The notes under the pieces were generated by a model that made no database searches, was not told where the DNA came from, and saw nothing but the letters and a program-made list of their open reading frames with translations. Positions 31,201-44,600 of a stretch of DNA of 64,000 nucleotides are shown here, piece after piece. The stretch is from Hydrolagus colliei (taxonomy: Eukaryota): contig CM068759.1 in the NCBI GenBank assembly GCA_035084275.1, forward strand, positions 1,054,001 to 1,118,000, in the 5' to 3' direction. A program made the position numbers and the translations under genes. Position 1 is the stretch's first letter. Each line of letters opens with the position of its first letter.

Positions 31201-32618
31201 CGCTTCACAAATTGAGCGTTCGCACTGGGGAGCCAGTTTTTTTTTTGTTGGATTGCAAAACCCAAACGTGATTCTAACTCATATTTGCTATTTTCTTGGA
31301 CGTGTTACAACGCCCTGGGTTGTAATGGAGCTGCGGATTTTTTCATTGTGTGGATTGCTTCTTTTTTTTATTGCGTTTTATGGTCAAATAATTAACTGCA
31401 GCTTTCCCCTTCCGTGGCTCAGTGGGTACGTGTACACCCTGCCCGCCGAGAGAAAACACAAGGTTCATTCCGAGGTCTGTACTGAGTTAGCTCTCGGCTT
31501 CGCTGCTGATATGCGAGAAGACGCTGCCGAGAATGGTAAGATTGTAAACGCAGCATAGCATCAGATATGTCAGAGGGAAACGTCCCCTCTTCATCCCCGT
31601 TCGTTCATCATCGATCACGGCTTTACGGCTGCCAGCTTCAGCAACCCGTGCGATGGGGTAATTCTCGGCTTCTCTTAAGACTTTAGCCCTCCGGGACGCT
31701 ACCCTGTGTGAGCGAGCGGCTGCTATATACGGTAAATGCAAGTTGTTGTCATCACTGTTGACCGATACTGTACGCAAAATGATTTAGTATAACATTAATT
31801 GTTCGAAAAAATATGTTGAGTTCTGCTTAGTGCCCCCCCCCCCACCCCCTCCCCCCCCCACCCTCACCCGTCCCCCTCACTTCCCAGACACCACCTTCCT
31901 CTGTTCGGAGACACATGGAGACACATTTCCTTTACAGGAATCCGCAAACCAGTCAAATCCCTCACGGGTTCCTTATTCCCAGATTGATCTGTGGTTAACA
32001 GTGCGTTGTGGGAGAGTGGCACAAGGTGAAAAGATGTGGCCATTGACCTTGTCCCACTTGCGTTGTTGAACTTAGTCCTCCTTCGCTCGGGCTTTTTTTT
32101 TTGTGCTTGAATAGTCTGAAGCTTTGGAACGCTGTTGTATTGGCCTCCCAACGTAGGGAAACTCTCCAAATCATCTGGATGAATTTATTTTAAAAAAACA
32201 GTGTGTGGAAGGAGCAGAGGCAAGGTACCACTGTGATGTTAATCACACCATCAAATCTGGTAAACGCTTGCCCATTCCCCCTGCAGACTCCCAACTCATT
32301 ACAGTTGGCGTTTGGTCATAGTTCAGTTTCAAAATCCAGTTGAGTAACTCTCCCATCATTCATACTGCTCTCTTAACCAATTACCATTATTCTGACCCAA
32401 ATCTGCGGCATGGGGAGCAGTTGTATTTCACACTTATTCGGTGCTGCTGTATTTGTTACCGGCGCAGTGTTGCCAGGAATTTCACAGCCATACTTCCAGT
32501 TATTACATACTTCATAAACAGCTTTCTGGCTCTGCGAGGTGTTTCTGCAGGAGAAAATCTGCAGAAACCAGATTGCTTTTTTAGTCAAAACTGGTCCCCC
32601 CTCCGCCCCACCCCACCC

Positions 32619-32667
<49 letters not shown>

Positions 32668-35600
32668 CCATGCCTTCACAGCGACAAAAGACACTTTCAT
32701 CAAATAGATGTTCATTTGGGTGGTCATGTGTAATCAGGTTCTGTCCATCACAGAAGTATTTATTATAATAGTAATACTAATAATAATGCTTTTGTTTGAT
32801 GTTATACTCGATCACACCAGGAGGATGTCTCAAAGCGCTTCACGCAATTTATTGTAAAGTGTAGTGACTGTGTATGTTGCAGCAGCCAATTTGCAATCGC
32901 CGTTGTCCCACAATCAGCCATGAAGTGTGTGTTTTTTTTTATCCTGGGTATGTATTAGGCAGGATATGAAAATAATTTTGTTTTAAGTAGTGCCGTAGGA
33001 AAGTTTGCTGATCAACTGAACAGACAGAAGGGACTTGAAGGACAGAAGTGAGTTTGGCATCACATGGCGTTCTTGGCACGGTCAAACCGATCTAATAAAT
33101 GATTCACTAATTACTCGTTCACGTAATAAAATACACTGTTCCCTGCTTGATTGAAACTCCACTCGCAATTCTTTAATTTGCCCACGGAAAGAACAAAGCA
33201 TTCATTGACGAACGCATAAAGGTACGTTTGTTCACACAATGGTTTGTAAGGATTTCACTATTTGAAAGAAATGATTGAGACCCAACGCGGGTACATAAAG
33301 AACATTACACATGTCTGCTTCACCGGAAGCTCGCAGACTGCCCACATTCTACTGCTTTTTCTTTCCTGTGCCATTTTCTCTTTTCTTAAGTACTAAAAAT
33401 ATTTATCCTGGACTTTAACATTCACTCCCTGTGACCAACAATTGTATAAATTATTCATTGCCTTCAGATGGAACACAATCCTGTATCTGTGTAGCCCCGA
33501 GGAACTCGAATGCATTACTGTACAGGCTCAGAAAAATGTGTTGATTTCTGAAGTGAAGGACTGGATTTTCGCTCGCTTGTCCTTACTTAACAACAAAATT
33601 ACATTTGTATAGCGCCTTTCACGTCAGGAGGATGTCCCAAGGCACTGGACAGTCACTGCTTCAATTGACAGGGAAATACAAATAGACAGTCAATTCACTT
33701 TGCAATATATTCTGTGAAGCGTTTTGAGACATCGATAAGATGTGAATATCAAATGCAAGGATTATTATTATTGTGATAAATAGTGGAAAGGGGGGGGGTA
33801 TTCTGTGGAGAGAATCAGAGAACCTGCATTCATAACCGCCTCACGCTTCGAAAATCTCCCAAGTGCTTTATATCGTGGTTTGCGAAAGCGTCTAGTGACC
33901 TTTTCTTTTGTAAGCAAACACGGCAGCATTATGTTGACATTATTAGTAAAGTCTCACAAACAGACACGAATAGGAATGTACTTGGATCATTGTTGGCCAG
34001 AATGCAGGACGGAGCCATGCTCTAATTTCTAAGTGTCGGAGCTGTGACTGACTCGGTTTAACCTATTAAAAACGAAGCGCAGGACGGCACTTCCTACGAC
34101 ACAACCTTCTGACCGAGAGGAGAGACAGTTGCGAACGGAGCCAAGCCGACTCAGAAAGCCTGAAAATCGATCTTTTGAGAGAAAAGCCTTTTTTTAAAAA
34201 AAAAATATTTCAATCCGTTGTGAGACTCTTGAGCGTTGGACCTGCATGTTTGGAATTGTAAAGTCGACATTTGGCAAGACTCCCGACACCCTCGAGTCCA
34301 GGTCTGACCGTCAGCTCTCATGTTAAGATTTGAGGTTTGGCAAAGTTGAAAGATAGTCACCAGGCAATTCAAACACCTAATGCTTGGCTGTGAGAGCCCA
34401 CGCATTCTACCTCGTAACTTTATTGCTCTTTACGGCCAAGTTGCTGTGGGCTGGAGGATTCGATCACAAATCGACGATGGGAATCTTATCACAAACCATT
34501 ATTTCGTTGTGTTAAATCAACTTCACTTCCCAGATTTTATGAACTTTTTTTCTAAAGAATTGGGTAGGATTACTGTATGTTTTGAAACGGCGCCTTATCA
34601 TGTCATAGAAAATGCGGTGAATTTTTTTTCTGCTGTGTAGCTCCCTGCCTCTGTCGTTGGGGAATGATATTTTCCACATGACCGAAACAACACCGCTCCC
34701 CCCCCCCCCTCCCCCCCCACCCCCCCAACACAGAGAGGCCGCGGCAATGAGAGATTAGCTCTTCTCGACCCCTGCGCTGCTTGATTGTTGTTCCCTTAGC
34801 CTGATGTCATTAATTGAGGCCATGTGTGTCGAGCAATTAGCAAGTTCCCACATAACCCTGGGGCTCTGAGCATTTTACGCTGTTAGTTATACACAATACC
34901 ATTAATGAATCTCTTCCTTTGCTACAGACACTGTTAAATTTTATTAACCCTAGAATTGGTGGCTACACTTGTCAGGTAGAACACAATTCCATTTTAAGAG
35001 CAGAGCAGTAGACCGCAGAAATTATGTAATTGACTTCTAAAGCTTAACCATTTAAAACTAAATGGTTTTGATTGTCCAATGAATCGAGTACAGGGAGAAG
35101 AATTTTCATATTATTGGCAGGTTGAAAGTGAGAAGTTTTTAATCTCAAAATGTTTTTCACCCTCCCCCAAACTCCTCACCAATACTAGATGTCATTTAGA
35201 AAAGAGGAGGTTTGATGCGGGTTCGATTCCCGGCCAGGGTGAAACCTTGGGCAAGTTTCTTTACTCCACACGCCTGATAATAATCCCTCAAGAAAAAAAA
35301 CCAATAATAAATTGGTCACTTCAGTCCATCACTGTTTGTGGGGAACGCTGCTGCTGTGCGCATTTGGCTGCCGAGTTTCACCCACAAATATACAGTCAAC
35401 TCACTTGACAGTACATTCTGTGAAGCGCTTTGAGACGTTGATAAGATGTGAAAAGCCGCTATATATCAAATGCAAGGATTATTATTATTATAAAAGTTTT
35501 TTTATAAAAGGATTATTATATTATTATCATTATTTTTGAGGTGAGGTGAGGGTAAGGTGGTGTTATCAAAGGCTCGCATAGAGGCCTCAAATGTCAATAA

Positions 35601-38600
35601 ATGTTTCTTTCATAGAATTATACAGCCATTTGGCGCATTGTGCATGAGTCAACTCTTTGAAAAGAGCTGTGCAAATCCATCCCACTCCTCCGCGTCTCTC
35701 TCTGTCCCCGTAACCTTTGTTCTAAGTGGCGTCTTCAGATATTTCACGTGAACCTGCCGATTCTCACATTCTGACCCAAACTATAAATCGATCGCGTGTC
35801 GCTCCAAAGTTTGCCTACATTTCGCGAGAAGCGCGATTCGATTTGGATGATTCAGGCGACCGTTGTTTCAGGTTCATTTAAGCCACGAAACAAAAACCGT
35901 TTCCATTTTTTCCTTCCCTCTGGTGCAGCTCTTTTTTGGGGGGGGAAGGTCACTTTCGTTGATTTAGTGTCGTCTGCTGGTTTTAAAGAGGAGGTGATTT
36001 AAGGGCAAACCTGGGAAGGTTGTAACTCATGATTTTAATAAGCTTGCTGCGCGGAATTGGTAAACTACAGCAGCTGCCAACAGTAAATAAACCCTGCAGC
36101 TAACTTCTTTTTAAAATTTTCTCTCAACCCAATTCATCTGTCTACTTTGTAACCGTGGTTAATTGCTCTTCTTAAGATCTCCGGGTTTCCCGATAAGTGA
36201 TCCAACCCCAAAGCAACAAGTACCGAAAAATTAGAACAAGACGCGGAAACGTTGGAAGTTGACAATGTGGTTATCCCTCAATTATCAGTCGTATCCGTCG
36301 GGACCATACATTTAATATGACTTGTGAGGGTCATGAGGAATGTCAAACTGGCAGAGAATATAAATTCATGAACGGGGAGGTTTGGGGCAGTTGTACGACT
36401 TAGGCGATTATATGAGTTCTGTTAGATCAGACTTGTGCAGATTTTATTGCAATGGCCTTACCTACCTACCACCCCCCACCCCCAGCCCGCCCGTCCCCTT
36501 TCCCCCCCCCACCACTCACAGATCAGATCAGAGGGACACTGTGAGCTGGAACATATATGTCACCTTATTTGGCAAAAAAAATTTAACTGCTCTCGACAAG
36601 AGCTGCAGATCATTGCCTGTGCCTGGCAATCTGTTTCCCATCTTGCGGAAATGTTCCTGAAGATACTCAGCATGGCTTGCTTGGTGGGGGGGGGGTCAGC
36701 TGTTCTTCACCACTTATGATACACACACACACACACACACAGATAGATACTGCATCCAAGTGCTAAATAGGCAACAAATTCACAGCATGATGCAGATGGC
36801 TTCATATCCTGCCGTAGGGCCATAGGTCACCAATGGAACCACTTTCTGATCATCTTCAGATTGGATGCGAAACCCCAAGCCTTGTTGCAGCAGAAAAACA
36901 CAGCAGAAGTGAAGGACGCTCAGTGTTCTGTCACACTGAAGCATTTACAAATGATTATTTTTTTCATTGACTACTTACCATGTGAGTTCGCTCTGATTCT
37001 CAGCTTCCAGCGGTTCGCTCTCCAGTTAAACTTTTCCTTGTGCGCAGATAGGAATTTGTGGAATACATTCCATGACTCCCGGCTACTTTTAAGACAGCTA
37101 AGACAGTTTTTGTCAAGACCGATTTCAGTTTTTGTCTTCGTGCTGCTTTGACCTCTGCTCTCCCCCCCAACCACCCCCACTACCCCCCCTCCCCCCACCC
37201 CACTCCAGTCCTCCATTCTTGCCAATTGTAGAGTTAATAAATTAGCAAGCAAAGAGCAGACATTCTTTCGGGATTGAGCAAATCAGCTGCGAAAACAGAA
37301 ATCGCTTAAAATAGGGTTGCACATGGGAGAGAGAGAGAGAGAGAGAGAGATAATGAAGATGACCTCTTAGCTTTTACATACAGTATACAGTACAGTATTA
37401 GAAAAAAAAGGTTTCTGGTCAATTAGGAAGCCATGTAACTTTAAATGGCTTCAAATAATATTTGCACTCAGTGGGATAAATTGGAGGAAATTATCAAGTG
37501 GATTAATAAAATATATTCATAAACTTGAGAGATACGAGGGCTGGCACCTGAATGGGGCCTCCAACCAAAAGAGTGGGTAATTTGCGCTGAGCAGAGGTCA
37601 GAGATTGGGATGGAGCCAAACTCCTTTGGCCTTGACAAACCAGGCATGACATCACCTTCCTCCTGCTGTTCTGCGCTTGTTATTTTTCTCTGGCTCTAAT
37701 CTCCACTTTATCTCTTCCCTGGTCTCCGCTCTGTCTGTGACCCAAGCTGCATTTTTCTTTTCGGCCTCATTCTTTCGCCTGAGCTCATTTAGGCTGCAGT
37801 TGCAATTTCTGTTTCAAATGAACCTCCCCTGATGGTGAATAGTTTTTTTTTTCCCTTCCCCCTTTCTCGTTCAGCAGCTAAATCCTATTCTTCGGAATTT
37901 CCTCCCAAGTATCTGGTGCCCTCTCTATCCATCTCTGAACTAGACACTGAGAGATATTCCTTTCACTTTTGAAATATTTTCAAGTGATGTTTAACATCCT
38001 CCTGAAGAAGTAATAGTAATAATAATCCTTGCATTTGATGTAGCGCTTTTCACGTCTTCTAGATGTCCCACAAAGCGCTTCACATACTGTAAAGTGAATT
38101 GACTGTATAGTTTGTGGGCGAAATGCGGCAGGCAATTGCCCACGGCAGTGTCCAACAAACATTCGTGGATTGAAATGACCCATTTTTTTTTGAGGGATTA
38201 TTATCAGGCAAAGTTTTGCCCTAAACTGCCTGGATTTGAACACAGGTCTCACACTTGTAAGGCGAGTGCTCTAACCACTTAGCTACAGGAGCTCTGTGTT
38301 ATGGAGATGGGAGCTCTACAGGATCCTGCAAAGCACCTCTCCATACGTAACTCAGGCAGTACTCTTAAAGTGGTCAGAGAGAATTCGTCAGGTTGAATAA
38401 CAATATCTCTAATCAAGCAGCAAAGCGAATCAACAGGAATGCAGTGAATTGATAGGAAAACCACTCTTAAAGCTTAGAACCACACAGAGAAAGGGTGACT
38501 TGCTACAAACGGCCCTTGTTTTTTTTCCGTTCCCATGCGTGGGGAACTTTGCTGGCATAAACCTGTTCCTCATCCCAACATCAGGAATGTCTGTAATGCA

Positions 38601-41600
38601 GAAACGGTTTTGTTTTAGATACGAACATCTGGTTCACTGTGTCCAATGTTCTGGGTGCTTGAGATTTAGAAGAAAAACAGCTTGTTCGAAATTTGAGGCA
38701 GCTTATTCCCCCAGAAAAAGTTGCTCTTTCTTAACCTTTGGCAGCTGGTTAGCTAAGATCCTTTGAAATTACGTGGAGATTATTAGACTTGTTGCAGTGA
38801 CTTATTATTTGGGTTTACTTCACCTTGTGATACTCAGTAAGTTTCAAATCCTTTTAAAGTATCACCAATCCTATCGTCAACTGTTTTGTTTTAAACATTG
38901 TTTGGAAAATACTTGTGAATAATTAACTTGCGTGGAATAATAATACTCGAATTAACTGCAGCGCCTCATCATATTCTCGAAATGTCTCAGAACTCCACAG
39001 GTTTATTGTACAGTGTAGTGACTGCGCATTTTGTTCACGAATAAGGCAGTCAGTTTGCTCCCTGCAATGCCCTCCCACAATCAGCCATGAAGTGAATGAG
39101 GAATTTTTACCGAGAGGATTGATTGTTGGCCAGGACAGTAGGAGAAATGATAAGCGTCTTTCGCCTCGAAGGGGAGCCTCGCTAATGGGTTGTCATTTCA
39201 CCCACTAAATGAATTGAGTGCTCCAAACACTCGTTCTCAATAATTCATCAACAAAAAATTACCATTAACTGGATCCTACGGCTGTAACACAAGCTGTAGG
39301 AAGGCAAAAGGTGTTTAAGAATTTTTTTTTTTTTGCATGGTATTTTTTTTCCTGTGACAGTGGTGGGAGATCACCACACTCACAACAATGCCAAGAGAAA
39401 CAGCTTTGGTTTTTCCCCCCCGTTTGGTTAACCCACTCGCTTGGTAACAAGACTGTGTGCGATCTAGGATACCAAATGGGATGGGGGGTGGGGTGGGGGG
39501 GAGGTGGGGGAGAAAATGGGGGAGTTTTTTTAAAAAACAGCCTCAGAACAATACTCTCCGTTGCAAAGCGCAAAGTATTTCGACATTAGCACACTACGGA
39601 AAATGTGCACATTTTTCTGTCAATTCCATGTTTCCATTTATTTAAGTGAGTCCAGCTGTTGCTGAACATTCCAATCCCCCTTCCCAGTGTTGGCAAAAAA
39701 AGGTTCTTTTATTTTTATATATATATATCTATACATCTTTTTTTAAATCCCCCCCAAAAATCCAAAAGGCTTTGGATATGAGCTCATCTCGTGATGAAAC
39801 TTGTGTATTGTGAGAATTTTTTTTTAAAAAAAATCCCTGTTAATCATAAGAATTATGATCCCAGTCGGGTAGCGGGAGCCCGTGTGAAATAGAATCAGCG
39901 AAAACACCACAAAATCTCTGCGTTCCATTCCTCTGATAAATTCCATCAACCACAAGTGGCACCATTACATCTGGCTTCTGACAGACAAACCTGTCCAATG
40001 GAATCTTTTAAGTGGCTGTGGTGTGGGGAAGGGGGGGGGGGGGGGGAAACACACGGACGGGACGAGACGGGACGGGACGTGGGGGGGGGCGGGAATAGCG
40101 AGAGAACGGAGTGGGGGCCAGTGATGAGTAATTCGAAGGTGGGAGTGGGGAGGGGAGGGGAGAGGAGAAAAAAAACTACGAGTTCTTCCAAAAATGCGGT
40201 TTGTTTTAGCGTCGCTCGCTCCTTCTCTTTGTAAAACAATCCAGGCAAAAGGAGAAGCTGTTTACATTCTGTTCTGCAAACAGCTGTGGCTGGAAAGGTC
40301 TCTCAAGCCTAAAGTTCTGAACACCGTACAGTAAGACTCACCATTGAAGTGATCGGCTGCCCTTGTACTCCAGTAATGTAGGTGATCCTAACCTGATGTA
40401 ACCTCTCGATCCAACACAAACCGCGAGAGCACAGAGTACACCTGTTAAGTGACTGGTCCACGACATCGCATCCTTTTAATTATATTGCGGACCTCCTGTA
40501 GCTCAGTGGTTAGAGCACCCGTCTTACAAGTGTGAGAGACCTGTGTTCGGATCCAGACAGGTCAGGGTGAGGTGCTTTAATAATAATAAGAAGAAGAATA
40601 CTAATCCTTGCATTCGATATAGCACTTTTCACGTCTTCTAGACTTCTCAAAGAGCTTCACAGAATGTACTGTCGAGTGAATTGTCTTGACTGTATGCTTT
40701 GTGGGCGAAAAGTGGCAGCCAATTGCGCACAGCAGCGTCCCCACAAACAATCGTGGATTAAGTGAGAAAATTATTAAGGTTTTTTTTTCAAAGGGATTAT
40801 TATTACCCCCTGGAAAAGTGATCCCAACAATCGACTGACAATCGATTTCGCCCACAAATATACTTTCAATTCACTTTACACTATGTTCTGTGAAGCGCTT
40901 TGAGACATCTAGAAGAAAACTCAAGTGAAAACACAAGGATTATATTATTATAACCGGGTTCCTACTTAAATACTGCTAGGTTAACGGAGGTGGGGGGGGG
41001 GAGGGGAGGCGTAAGGAAACTTTTAACATCTAACATGTAAAAGCAACTGTAAAGTTTATTTCCTCATCAGTACCTGATAGTAATTGCTGCAGTACACTGA
41101 ATAATGTTTATGTCTGCTGAACTACCCCCACCTCTCTCTCCCCCCACCCCTCCCCACCTCACCTCACCCCACTTAAAGTGCTTTCCGAGAGAGATAAACA
41201 ATAGACTGGTATTATAGAGGCCGGCATTGAGGCTGATGACAGAATCTGAATGCTCCGATTTGGTAGATAAGACGAGGAAGACTTTTGGTTGCATACGAAC
41301 ACAATGCAACATCCATCAAATCTGGGGCTTTTAGGAGCTTGCTTCCCTTTCGATTTAATCGGTTGCCTTTGGCAGATCTTTCAGCGAGGATTAAGATGAC
41401 ATAGTGGAAAATGGGACATTTCCTATGCACTTTACAAGCAAACAACATGCCTGCCAGAGCGGATTAAACCACAGTTCTGTATGTTCATGCAAATATACTT
41501 ACGCCATGTGATGTCAGGCTGCTTCAAGCATCGTTAGCAATCTTATTTGAAAAAACAAAAGCTTCGCGCATGTCTGAGAGAAACAAGCGCAGGCAATGAG

Positions 41601-44600
41601 AGTCCTTTCCTTCCTTCAGAGATATTGCTCAGAGTATGGGGAGATTTTATTTTAGGGAGATCTATTTTTCCACCAAAGCTGGAAGCTTACTGGAACTAAA
41701 CGAACCTCATTTCCCTCTCACATTGAGAGCAATGTTTATTGCTGCAATGACCTGTTTCTGCTACTCAGGTTGTTTTTTTAATGCCTCGATATTAGTTCCT
41801 TGTTTAAAGAGAAGTATTGATGGCCAGCCTTTGGGTCTCACTCAGGCCAATGCGTAAAGGAATATAAATATGCGTAAGGAACTGTCCTCCCAGTGTGTGA
41901 TAGGCGCCCACCCATCTGTTGTTTGTGGATATATATTAAAATACCGCTTCTGCTTTTTTGTTGTTCTTTATCGAAAACGTATATCAAGTTCTCTGAAACT
42001 AAACGTTTCAGATAACGGGATGCCTGGCTGGCTGTGTTTGTCCCATCAAATATCATGTATTACTGTATTTATTATTAAACCTTTGTGAAGCACGTCTATT
42101 TGATTTAAGATATTTGCAATAATAGAACCAACAATAAAAAGGGGACTGATGCAGCTTATGGCTGCTGCAGCAACACTTAAAGGCCAAGCCTATTATTAAA
42201 CTACACTGTGAACCATTCTCATATTCCCTATTAGCTCAGAGGCACTGAGCATTTAACTGTGGTTTTGCTTTGCCCTGCTAGTTATCAAGTTGCTTCAGAA
42301 ATCCAGGCAGCATTATTTATCCCCGTCTCACATTACTGTTCCAGCATTTTTGACCAGTGAAAGTTTAAGATTGTCATGGGAGTTTCAGCAAGATAAGAAT
42401 GGGGTCGTTTTAATAAGTTGATGGTCAGCTGGTTGTGAATATTTTCTTTCACGCATATGGATTCTAGATAAATACACATACTTTCCATTTTTCCTCTTTA
42501 ATTCCTGCGGCAAATTTGGTTTATAGTTTGATTGTGTTCCAATCTATTTTTTTTAGAATAAAATTCAAACATTGCTTTGGTATCCATGACTGCACTCCAT
42601 GTCTGGTGTAACGTACATTATTCTACTTTCCTCTGACTCACATCATCGCTCAGCAACCAGTGAGTAATGGGATTTGTCCTTCTAAGTGGAAAGAGAGTAC
42701 ATACAGTGTTTACCGTAAAACCTCAAACTCCAGTTCCCACTCGATGGTTCAGTTGATACAACCAGAGTCTCAAGTGAAGGTGAAGGATACAAACTGGGAT
42801 GGTGTACAGTGAGTTAGCTGGACCTTATCTGAAACAGTAACTGTCCAGCACCTTGGGATGTCCTCCTGACGTGAAAGGCACTATACAAGTGTAATTTTGT
42901 TGTTGTTGCAATAGGAGCAGTATAATTAAGCTGAGCTACTATTGGAAATATGAGATGGGGATTTCACTCCTGACCAACTCTCCAGTTCCCTCTGGTAGAA
43001 ACGCAGATGTTCTCTTCAACATCCAGAGGTGCAGCAGAGTAGATAGTGGGAGACTGTTTCCCAGTCTCCTGCTATCTACTCTATATCTACTCTACTCTAT
43101 TTATGGAATTCTCTACCCCAAGGGGCTGTAGATGCTCAGTCCTTCAACATATTCAAGACTGAGATTGATAGATTTCTTGTGGATTAAGGGATATGGGAAT
43201 AAGGGGTGGGGCAGGTGGAGTTAGAATAGAAGATCAGCCATGATCTTATTGAATGGCGGGGCAGGCTCGAGGGGCTGAATGGCCTACTCTTGCTCCTACT
43301 TCTTATGTTCTTCCATCCTCTTCACACTCTCATTTTATGGTCTTCGGAAAAGATGTCTTCATTCTTGTCCCTGCCCCTCATTGGGGTTTGTTTGAGAAGG
43401 GGATTGAAAGCAGAGAGAACTATACAGAATAATAAAAGAATGAATCTCTGTGCAAAGTCCGATTCATGTTCTTGTCTGTTATTCTTATTTGTCAACGTTT
43501 TTTTCCTTTTCTTGTAGGGATCTACGATTCAATCGCATTAAGGAAATTCGACCAGGAGCCTTTAAGAGACTAAGGAACCTGAACACACTGTGAGTATTAT
43601 TTTCCAGGCAAGATTTTTTGTTTTTCTCTCCCTCCCTCCCACCCTGTCTCTCTGTAGTCTTACATTGAGAGTCTCCCAACATAGGGGGTGTGATAGGAAC
43701 CCGCGTTGATTATGGCAAGTACTCTGTGTTCTTGGGGAAAGTTCCAATGCAAGCTGAATGTAAATTCGCGGTGTGACATTGTATGTTATATTGGGGTTTG
43801 AACTTTGACTCTTGGTGGGGGTGTTTGGTGATTAGCAACAGTTGTGCGCAAATGGCACAAGGGCTGGCTCCTTGCAGAAACATTGTTGGATCATAAATTC
43901 TATTGGTTTCAAACCAATGGCTTTGGTCAGCAACGAACTTGCAGAAAACTGGCGACTTATCTTGCCTGCTTGAGAGGGTCATTTCTGTCTCTACGGTGAT
44001 GATGATTTGTTGACAGAATGGGGGTTTGGAAATGTATTTTTTAAAAATTCAATCAGTTATTGAGTCTGATCAGCAACAAACTGTATCATGTAAAAGAGTG
44101 GGAGGTGGGAGGAAGTGTAGGGATTCTGCTCTGTTGGTTGAATTTATAGGTGCTACAGAAAGAGTATTTCGTGGCCCAGAGAGTTTCTGCTCCACAGATA
44201 TGCCCTCGTTAACATTTTACTCTGAATTACTGTCATTGTAACCGACCCGTCGCAAACCTCTCAGTCAAACAAAGGTCTCTGGAACATTCAAAAGCGTTTT
44301 TTCCCTTTTTGTTTTTTGGCTTTCGAAACAAAAGCTGCCACGTCAGATACTTATGTCTCCAGTGAACTGGATGACTTGCCAACAAACCATCGAAAAAGAG
44401 CAAATGAATTGGAGGGCCCTGGTACCCGACTGGCAAAGAAACGTGCGACGGTGTGGGCCTCTCACTATTTTGCAGCCAAAAAAAAATGGGAGCAACTTGT
44501 AAAGACAATGGTATTGAAGGGGGTTTGTGAACTTGGCACGGGACTTGGGTGCCAGTATTTATTACCGCTGGTTGTCCTGAGAAGATAGTAGTGGGACCAC

